From NCBI GenBank assembly GCA_964506505.1, contig CAZDKY010000047.1:721-64720 (forward strand): a DNA stretch of 64,000 bases. The letters run 5' to 3'. This document shows positions 57,764-64,000 of the stretch, one piece after another. Under the pieces are notes generated by a model, which was not told the origin of the DNA, made no database searches, and saw only the letters and a list, made by a program, of their open reading frames with translations. The position numbers and the translations under genes are program-made. How positions within the stretch are numbered: position 1 is the stretch's first letter; the number at the start of each line of letters is the position of its first letter. This DNA comes from an uncultured Syntrophomonadaceae bacterium. Lineage in GTDB: Bacteria; Bacillota; Dethiobacteria; DTU022.

Positions 57764-58954
57764 ATGTTATCAAAAAAAGCGCTGGGCATCAGTCCTTCAT
57801 CAACCATGGCCATCGACAGCAAGGCCAAGGAAATGAAAAACAACGGAATTGATGTAGTCAGTTTCGGGGCAGGTGAGCCCGACTTCGATACTCCGCCGCA
57901 CATTCGAGAAGCTGCTATCAGGGCTATCAATGAAGGGTACACCCGCTATACCCCTGCCGCGGGTATTCCGGAGCTCAGGAAAGCAATCTGCAAAAAACTG
58001 CAGGGCGACAACGGGCTTGATTACGAACCCGCTCAGATAGTGGTCAGCAACGGAGCCAAGCATTCGCTGTACAATGTAATGGTCACCCTTCTTAATCCAG
58101 GCGACGAAGTGCTCGTGCCCAAACCGTACTGGGTAAGCTACCCTGAAATGGTTCGTCTTGCCGACGGTACACCGGTACCGGTCGAGAGCAGTGAAGAAAA
58201 CCTGTTCAAGGTAACTGTCGCCGACCTCGAAAAAGTTTACACCCGGAAATGCAAAGCGCTCATTATAAACAGCCCCTCTAATCCGACGGGTCAGATTTAC
58301 AGTATTGAAGAGCTGCAGGAGATCGCCCTTTTCTGCGTCGACCGCGGCATCTATATAGTAACCGATGAGATATATGAAAAACTGATCTACAGTGGCTCAC
58401 AACATTTCAGTATCGCCTCGTTGAGCAATGAGGTTAAGGAGCTAACCATTGTTGTCAACGGCGCATCAAAAAGTTTTGCCATGACCGGCTGGCGAATTGG
58501 CTATACCGCTTCCAACACGGAGATCGCCAAAGTGATGGCCAACATCCAGAGCCACACCTCATCCAACCCCAATTCCATTGCCCAGAAGGCAGTAGTGGCT
58601 GCCCTGCAGGGTCCGCAGGAAGGTATCGAAGAAATGCGTCTTGCCTTCGATGAACGGCGCCGCTTCATGTTCCGGCGGGTGTCCGAAATTCCCTGTCTCA
58701 GTGCCGTTGAGCCGCTGGGCGCTTTCTATATATTCGTGGGTATGGCAGAAGTAATCGGCAAGCATTACCATGGCACTGCTATAACCGACAGTGACAATTT
58801 TGCCTACCTTCTCCTTGAAAATCACAAAGTGGCGGTGGTGCCAGGCACCGGTTTCGGCTCTCCCAACCATATGCGCCTATCATTCGCCACATCACTAGAA
58901 AATATTGCCAAAGGCCTGGACCGGATCGAGGCCTTTTTGGAAGAACTTGCCTAA
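57764..58954 (+). CDS. aspC: aspartate/aromatic aminotransferase (PLP fold type I)
   Basis: Class I aminotransferase motifs (SNPTGQIY, SKSFAMTGWRIGY with the PLP lysine); start at the ATG at 57764. Confidence 0.9.
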   Translation: MLSKKALGISPSSTMAIDSKAKEMKNNGIDVVSFGAGEPDFDTPPHIREAAIRAINEGYTRYTPAAGIPELRKAICKKLQGDNGLDYEPAQIVVSNGAKHSLYNVMVTLLNPGDEVLVPKPYWVSYPEMVRLADGTPVPVESSEENLFKVTVADLEKVYTRKCKALIINSPSNPTGQIYSIEELQEIALFCVDRGIYIVTDEIYEKLIYSGSQHFSIASLSNEVKELTIVVNGASKSFAMTGWRIGYTASNTEIAKVMANIQSHTSSNPNSIAQKAVVAALQGPQEGIEEMRLAFDERRRFMFRRVSEIPCLSAVEPLGAFYIFVGMAEVIGKHYHGTAITDSDNFAYLLLENHKVAVVPGTGFGSPNHMRLSFATSLENIAKGLDRIEAFLEELA

Positions 58955-58975
58955 CAGCCGGACTGGAGGCTTTTT

Positions 58976-61753
58976 ATGTACAACGTTGCTATAATCGGAG
59001 CCGGGATCATTGGAACAACCATAGCCCGCGAACTCTCCCGCTACAAGCTACGGGTCGTCCTGATTGAAAAAGACAGCGATATTGCCAATGGAACGACCAA
59101 AGGGAACAGCGCCATCATCCATGCCGGCTTTGATCCGGAGCCGGGGACCCTTAAAGCACGCTTTAACGCTGCAGGTAACCGCCTTTATGGCGAACTCTGC
59201 AAGGAGCTCGAGGTTCCCTACAAGGAAATCGGTTCGCTGGTTATCTCTTTCAGTGAGGAAGAAGAACAGACGCTGCGGGAGCTTTACGAGCGGGGTCTGG
59301 CCAACAATATTCCCGCTCTCGAGCTGGTAGGTCGAAAAGAACTGCACCAAATGGAACCAGGGCTGAACAAAAATGCTTCAAGTGCTCTCTATGCCCCCAC
59401 TGCCGGCATAGTCGACCCCTACCTGATGGCTATTGCCCTGGCTGAAAGTGCCGCTGTCAACGGGGTCGATATCCGCCTCGACTGCCCGGTATCCAATATC
59501 CGCAAAACAGCAACGGGCTTCCGGATCAGCTGCGGCGCTGGTGAAATTGAAACAGGATTGATAATCAATGCCGCCGGCCTCTACTCCGACCGGATCAGCG
59601 AACTTGTCAATCCGCCATCTTTTAAGATCAAACCGACCCGTGGAGAGTATTTTATCCTGGACAAAGGGACCGACCGCCTGGCCCGACATGTCCTTTTCCC
59701 CTGCCCTACCGACCTGGGCAAGGGAGTGCTCGTTTCTCCCACTGTCCATGGCAACCTGATCATCGGTCCGAATGCCGAACTGGTCGATTCGAAAGAGGCA
59801 ACTGAAACAACGGTGGAAGGCATGGCCTACGTGCAAGAACATGCCAAAAAAATTAAACCGAATTTTTTGCCCTTCCATAAAGTGATCACTTCTTTCAGCG
59901 GCCTGAGGGCCAAGAGTGATCGGGGCGATTTTATTGTTGAAGAATCCATTGAGACACCCGGTTTTTTCAACGCAGCAGGGATCGATTCGCCGGGGCTCGT
60001 CTCGGCGCCGGCCATTGCCCCCTACCTTTTGGAAATGCTGCAAAAAAGAACAGGCCCCCTGGTAAAAAAAGAAACTTTCACCCCCCGGGGCAAGAGCCAC
60101 CGCTCCTTCATGGAACTAAACCGGGAAGAACAGACAAAACTGATTAAAAAAGATCCGCGCTACGGGCGGATTATCTGCCGCTGCGAGAGCATCACCGAGG
60201 GTGAGATTGTACAGGCCATAGCAGACCCCGTAGGGGCACGGACAGTGGACGGGATCAAGAAACGGGCCCGCCCTGGAAGCGGACGCTGCCAGGGCGGATT
60301 CTGCGGACCTCGGGTCATGCAGATCCTTTCCCGTGAACTGGGGATGAAAATACCCTCCATTTACAAGGACAACCCCGGATCGTTTATCCTGACCGGCCCG
60401 ACAAAGGGCCAACAGTCCGAGGTAAAAATAACGGGTGAAACAGACGCCTTATCGATCAATCGTCATAATGCAGAAGAAAACAGCATCGATATGGACCTGG
60501 CTGTAATCGGCGGTGGTCCTGCAGGAATGGCTGCAGCGGCAGCAGCCCGCGAGCGGGGCATTGAAAAAATCATGGTTATCGAACGGGATCACTATCTGGG
60601 CGGGATCCTCCAGCAGTGCATTCACAACGGTTTCGGCCTTCACCACTTCCGGGAAGAGCTGACCGGTCCTGAATATGCCCAGCGCTACATCGACAAACTG
60701 CGCAGTGAGGGCATCTCCTGCAAACTCGACACGATGGTCCTTTCCATCGGCCAGGATCGCACCATTACCTGCATTAACAGCAGGGAAGGCCTGCAGACGA
60801 TAAAAGCCGGGGCAATTGTCCTGGCCATGGGCTGCCGGGAACGCACCCGCGGGGCGATCAACATCCCGGGCACACGACCGGCGGGGATCTTTTCTGCCGG
60901 TACGGCCCAGCGCTTTGTCAATATTGAAGGTTACATGGTTGGCCGGCGAGTGGTCGTTTTCGGTTCCGGCGACATCGGCCTGATTATGGCCCGCCGTATG
61001 GTTCTCGAAGGAGCCGAAGTGGTGGCTGTTATTGAGCGCAAACCTTACTCCGAAGGGTTGCTGCGTAATTATGTCCAGTGCATCGAAGATTATAACATCC
61101 CCATGCTCCTGGAGCATACCATCATCAACATCCACGGCCGCGAGCGGGTCGAAGGGGTAACTATTGCCCGCACCGATCAGGACAAGCAGCCCGTTGCCGG
61201 TACCGAGCGGGAGCTTTCCTGCGATACCATTCTCTTTTCGCGGGGACTGATTCCCGAAAACGAGCTTTCAAAAAGCGCCAGGATCATTCTTGATCCCTCT
61301 ACCGGGGGGCCGGTAGTCAACGAAGCGCTGGAAACGAGCATTCCCGGTGTCTTTGCCTGCGGCAATGTAGTCCATGTCCACGACCTGGTCGACTGGGTCA
61401 CCGAGGAAAGTATCAGGGCCGGGCAGGGAGCGGCTGACTACCTCAAACCGCCGGCCTCTGAACCGAAGGGATTTATCTTCGAAACAAAGCCCTTAAAAGG
61501 AATTAACTATATCGTTCCGCAGAAAGTACGCACCGCCAGCCTGAGCAACAGCCTGGAGCTGTTCATGCGCGTGAGAGGATTTCATGAAAATACCGCCCTC
61601 CTGGTTAAAGCAGACGGCAACCTGATTAAAAAAGTACAGAAAAAGGTGCTCTCTCCGGGAGAAATGATCAATGTCAGGTTAATAAAAGAGGAGCTGCCAG
61701 AAACCGAGTTTAATACTCTTTCGGTAGAGCTGTCCGGGGAGGATGTTAAATAA
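58976..61753 (+). CDS. fused anaerobic glycerol-3-phosphate-dehydrogenase-like FAD oxidoreductase (GlpA-like with BFD [2Fe-2S] domain) + FAD/NAD(P) pyridine-nucleotide-disulfide oxidoreductase
   Basis: N-terminal half has VAIIGAGIIGTTIAREL and a BFD-like Cys cluster (CRCESITEGEI...CQGGFCGPR). Second half has a further dinucleotide-binding GGGPAGMAAAAAA motif and a pyridine-nucleotide-disulfide-oxidoreductase fold. In other anaerobes these are separate adjacent genes. Confidence 0.8.
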   Translation: MYNVAIIGAGIIGTTIARELSRYKLRVVLIEKDSDIANGTTKGNSAIIHAGFDPEPGTLKARFNAAGNRLYGELCKELEVPYKEIGSLVISFSEEEEQTLRELYERGLANNIPALELVGRKELHQMEPGLNKNASSALYAPTAGIVDPYLMAIALAESAAVNGVDIRLDCPVSNIRKTATGFRISCGAGEIETGLIINAAGLYSDRISELVNPPSFKIKPTRGEYFILDKGTDRLARHVLFPCPTDLGKGVLVSPTVHGNLIIGPNAELVDSKEATETTVEGMAYVQEHAKKIKPNFLPFHKVITSFSGLRAKSDRGDFIVEESIETPGFFNAAGIDSPGLVSAPAIAPYLLEMLQKRTGPLVKKETFTPRGKSHRSFMELNREEQTKLIKKDPRYGRIICRCESITEGEIVQAIADPVGARTVDGIKKRARPGSGRCQGGFCGPRVMQILSRELGMKIPSIYKDNPGSFILTGPTKGQQSEVKITGETDALSINRHNAEENSIDMDLAVIGGGPAGMAAAAAARERGIEKIMVIERDHYLGGILQQCIHNGFGLHHFREELTGPEYAQRYIDKLRSEGISCKLDTMVLSIGQDRTITCINSREGLQTIKAGAIVLAMGCRERTRGAINIPGTRPAGIFSAGTAQRFVNIEGYMVGRRVVVFGSGDIGLIMARRMVLEGAEVVAVIERKPYSEGLLRNYVQCIEDYNIPMLLEHTIINIHGRERVEGVTIARTDQDKQPVAGTERELSCDTILFSRGLIPENELSKSARIILDPSTGGPVVNEALETSIPGVFACGNVVHVHDLVDWVTEESIRAGQGAADYLKPPASEPKGFIFETKPLKGINYIVPQKVRTASLSNSLELFMRVRGFHENTALLVKADGNLIKKVQKKVLSPGEMINVRLIKEELPETEFNTLSVELSGEDVK

Positions 61754-62118
61754 TGGCTGAAAAAGAGATGATCTGCATTCTCTGCCCCCTGGGCTGCAGG
61801 ATGCAGGTAAAAGAAAAGGAAGATCAACCCGGTGAACTGTCGATGCGCGGACATAAATGCAAGCAGGGTAAAACTTACGCCCACCAGGAGTTTTACAACC
61901 CCACCCGCACTCTTACTTCAACTGTGGTCATCCACAATGCCACCCTGCCACGACTGCCGGTTAAAACTGACCGGCCTATCTCAAAAAACCTGATAATGAA
62001 AGCGGTCGAAGAAATAGCCCGGGTGGAAGTGGAAGCGCCGGTGGAAATGGGCGACGTGATCATCGAAAACCTGCTGGGTACCGGCAGTAACGTTTTAGCC
62101 ACCCGCAGTTTGCAATAG
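61753..62118 (+). CDS. DUF1667-domain protein (third component of GlpA-like/FAD oxidoreductase systems)
   Basis: 121 aa with CxxC...C motifs (CILCPLGC, HKCKQG); ATG overlaps the upstream TAA (TAATG); ends in TAG. Confidence 0.7.
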   Translation: MAEKEMICILCPLGCRMQVKEKEDQPGELSMRGHKCKQGKTYAHQEFYNPTRTLTSTVVIHNATLPRLPVKTDRPISKNLIMKAVEEIARVEVEAPVEMGDVIIENLLGTGSNVLATRSLQ

Positions 62119-62278
62119 AGCCAAAACAGCATTTTATAATGTATTAATAGTCTAAATACCGGTATCAATCAGTGTTATTACTTTAATGAAGTAATCCCAT
62201 CCCCTGCTCCGTTCAAGCAGGTAAATTCTTCAGAAATCGTATTGCCAGGTAAACCCATCTGACTTTCCAAATCATTTT

Positions 62279-63592
62279 TCAAACGGAAACTTTTGATCTG
62301 CGTTTTTCCCAGAAGTGTCCGATCAAAGCACCCGCCAGGGCCAGAAGCAACCAGCCGAAGCCGGCTTCTCCTCCGGGAAAAGACGAGCGCAGGCTGCACA
62401 GGGCCGAACCGTTCCCCAGCATGGAAATATATCCGCACATGCCCTCAAAGAGACCCCAGAGAAAAGCAGCTACAGCCGCGCCTGACCTGGCTCCCCTCAG
62501 GGCAGGGACAAAGGCAATAAAGAGCACCAGGACTATGGACGGAGGGTAAACCATGTCCAAAATGGGCGCTGTAAGCCGGATAATCTCTTCCAGACCGACC
62601 AGGCTGACCAGAGCACTGAGGGTTAGTACGGCCAGGGCGCAGGCCCTGTAGGGCATTTTGCCCCCGGAAGCTTCTTCGAAGTATGAGGAGGTTCCTCCGG
62701 ACAGGCCCACAGCAGAGGTGAGGGCAGCAAAAAGCAGGGCGATGTTGAAAACTATCCCGCCCACGGGCCCCCAGAGCTCAAGGATAATGGTCGCATAAAG
62801 CCTGGCGTAGGACACATCTGTAAAAAGGGTCCCGGTTGAAGCGCCGACCAGCATCTGGGTAAAATGGCTACCCGCCAGCAGGATGAATCCGATCCCTGCT
62901 GTAACGATCAAATAACGGTTGAGCGGTTTCCCCTGCAGGCCGTGGCTTTCACTTAAGCCGGCAACAACGAGGGTAGCAAACATAAGGGCAGCCGGCAGGT
63001 CCATTGTCTGATAACCATTCAGAAAACCGTAGGTAAAGGGATGATCGGCATAAAACCTGGAAACTGGTTCTGCAAGGGGCGAAAAAAAGCTTCTTGTTAC
63101 TACGGCCACCACGGTCAGGATAAGGACCGGTAGCAGGTAGCGGGCAATCTTATCGATAACCCGGCTACGCTGGAAAAGAAACCAGAATACGGCAGCATAA
63201 TAAGCAAGGGTGAAGATAATCTCAGCCGCAAAAGGCGCACTCTGCAGGCCGAGGATCTGGCAAATGGCATCCCAGGAGGCAGCGCTCATGCGCGGTATGG
63301 CAAAAAGAGGCCCCAGGACAAGCACAGTCAAACCGCCAAAAGCAAGCGCCATGCCACCACTAAAAGACCGGGCGGCAATATTATATAAAGTTCCCTCGCG
63401 GGCTACCGCCAGGTAGGCCAGCCAGGGGAAGATAATGGCCGAGATAAAGATGCCCAGATAAGCAGTATACACATCCGTACCGCTCTGCTGACCCCAGGTG
63501 ACGGGCCAGAGCATGCACGAACCACCGAAATGCATGGCGAAAACCGAACCACCAATTGCTGCAGCAACAAGAACGTTTAACCGATTGGACAT
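62279..63592 (-). CDS. brnQ: branched-chain amino acid transport system II carrier (BrnQ/LIVCS family)
   Basis: Twelve transmembrane segments and LIVCS conserved segments (GSCMLWP..., AIPRMSAASWD); start at the internal ATG at 63592, or possibly 63616. Confidence 0.85.
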   Translation of the reverse strand: MSNRLNVLVAAAIGGSVFAMHFGGSCMLWPVTWGQQSGTDVYTAYLGIFISAIIFPWLAYLAVAREGTLYNIAARSFSGGMALAFGGLTVLVLGPLFAIPRMSAASWDAICQILGLQSAPFAAEIIFTLAYYAAVFWFLFQRSRVIDKIARYLLPVLILTVVAVVTRSFFSPLAEPVSRFYADHPFTYGFLNGYQTMDLPAALMFATLVVAGLSESHGLQGKPLNRYLIVTAGIGFILLAGSHFTQMLVGASTGTLFTDVSYARLYATIILELWGPVGGIVFNIALLFAALTSAVGLSGGTSSYFEEASGGKMPYRACALAVLTLSALVSLVGLEEIIRLTAPILDMVYPPSIVLVLFIAFVPALRGARSGAAVAAFLWGLFEGMCGYISMLGNGSALCSLRSSFPGGEAGFGWLLLALAGALIGHFWEKRRSKVSV

Positions 63593-63773
63593 ATCCTGCA
63601 AGGATCCTTTTCTCATTTACTTCCGCCATTATAAGATGATTGTATATTATCTGGAAAAATTTTGGCCATCAGGAGCTTTAAACGCCGGTGGAAAGTTATC
63701 TTTTTTCGGCTGCGGTTATTATTCTCTCACTTTTTACAATGAACAAATCACTGCCGCAAAAAAAATAAAATGC

Positions 63774-63802
63774 CTTGACATTATAAAGCACAGTCGTTAA
63801 AT
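63774..63802 (+). promoter_or_regulatory. candidate sigma-A promoter TTGACA-N17-TAAATT reading toward the window end
   Basis: Seen directly in sequence; followed by about 200 nt of untranslated leader with no ORF before position 64000. Confidence 0.3.
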
Positions 63803-64000
63803 TACATAGCTTCTTCCCATATATTAGCAGAGTGAAAACCCTTGATTTCAGCGTCGGCAAAAGCATCAAGCGGATGGATAAAGTGATGAACAGCAAATTA
63901 AATGCCATGCTCAGGCAATGGAATTTAACCCGATCATAGTGACTATTGGGATAATAAAAAAGCGCCTGCAAAGAAAGATTAAAACCGCATTCAAACGCCG

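Noticed and set aside
1-64000. Scanned for a CRISPR array, rRNA, tRNA, an integrase or transposase, and phage genes.
   Set aside because: None found. The only repeats are short intergenic tandem or direct repeats and the two ~80-bp R copies. There are no transposase- or integrase-like ORFs.

Overview
This window reads as a high-GC anaerobic Firmicute (Clostridia-like), about 90% coding, with roughly 50 genes, mostly on the minus strand; coordinates I derived from my own base counting (repeats, hairpins, adjusted starts) may be off by 1-2 nt in places, as one start-codon check was inconsistent by one base. From the left it contains a housekeeping block: murC, a YwqE/CpsB tyrosine phosphatase, tsaE-tsaB-rimI-tsaD and an ABC-F ATPase. 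A two-component system and a small secreted acidic protein follow, flanked by two copies of an ~80-bp repeat. An accessory-looking carbohydrate locus then spans about 13 kb: two CrtI-family FAD oxidoreductases (one with a Cys-rich C-terminal tail), an L-2-hydroxyglutarate-oxidase-like FAD enzyme, a 1087-aa fusion of GDP-mannose pyrophosphorylase, cupin and phosphomannomutase, a GT4 glycosyltransferase fused to a glycosidase-like domain, a second GT4 and a GH130 phosphorylase-like protein. Fermentation and energy modules come next: a tungsten-type aldehyde:ferredoxin oxidoreductase with MoaD, paaK-ACT-paaK-iorAB, an ADP-forming acetyl-CoA synthetase, and a CoA-transferase fused to a GNAT acetyltransferase. 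An osmolyte-related block contains lysine 2,3-aminomutase with an adjacent GNAT, a non-pyrrolysine MttB-superfamily methyltransferase, NhaC and MscS. The window ends with Tal, aspartate aminotransferase, a fused glycerol-3-phosphate-dehydrogenase-like enzyme with DUF1667, and BrnQ. The most important observation is at 44471..45859 on the minus strand. The two ORFs listed there are one gene interrupted by a single in-frame TAG, and the 462-codon product matches dimethylamine:corrinoid methyltransferase MtbB, whose catalytic residue is pyrrolysine encoded by UAG. Its cognate corrinoid protein lies immediately downstream. This organism therefore almost certainly reads amber as pyrrolysine, although TAG is also used as an ordinary stop for about 11 of roughly 50 genes here and no pyl genes or tRNA-Pyl are visible in the window. 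I found no CRISPR array, rRNA, tRNA or obvious mobile element.
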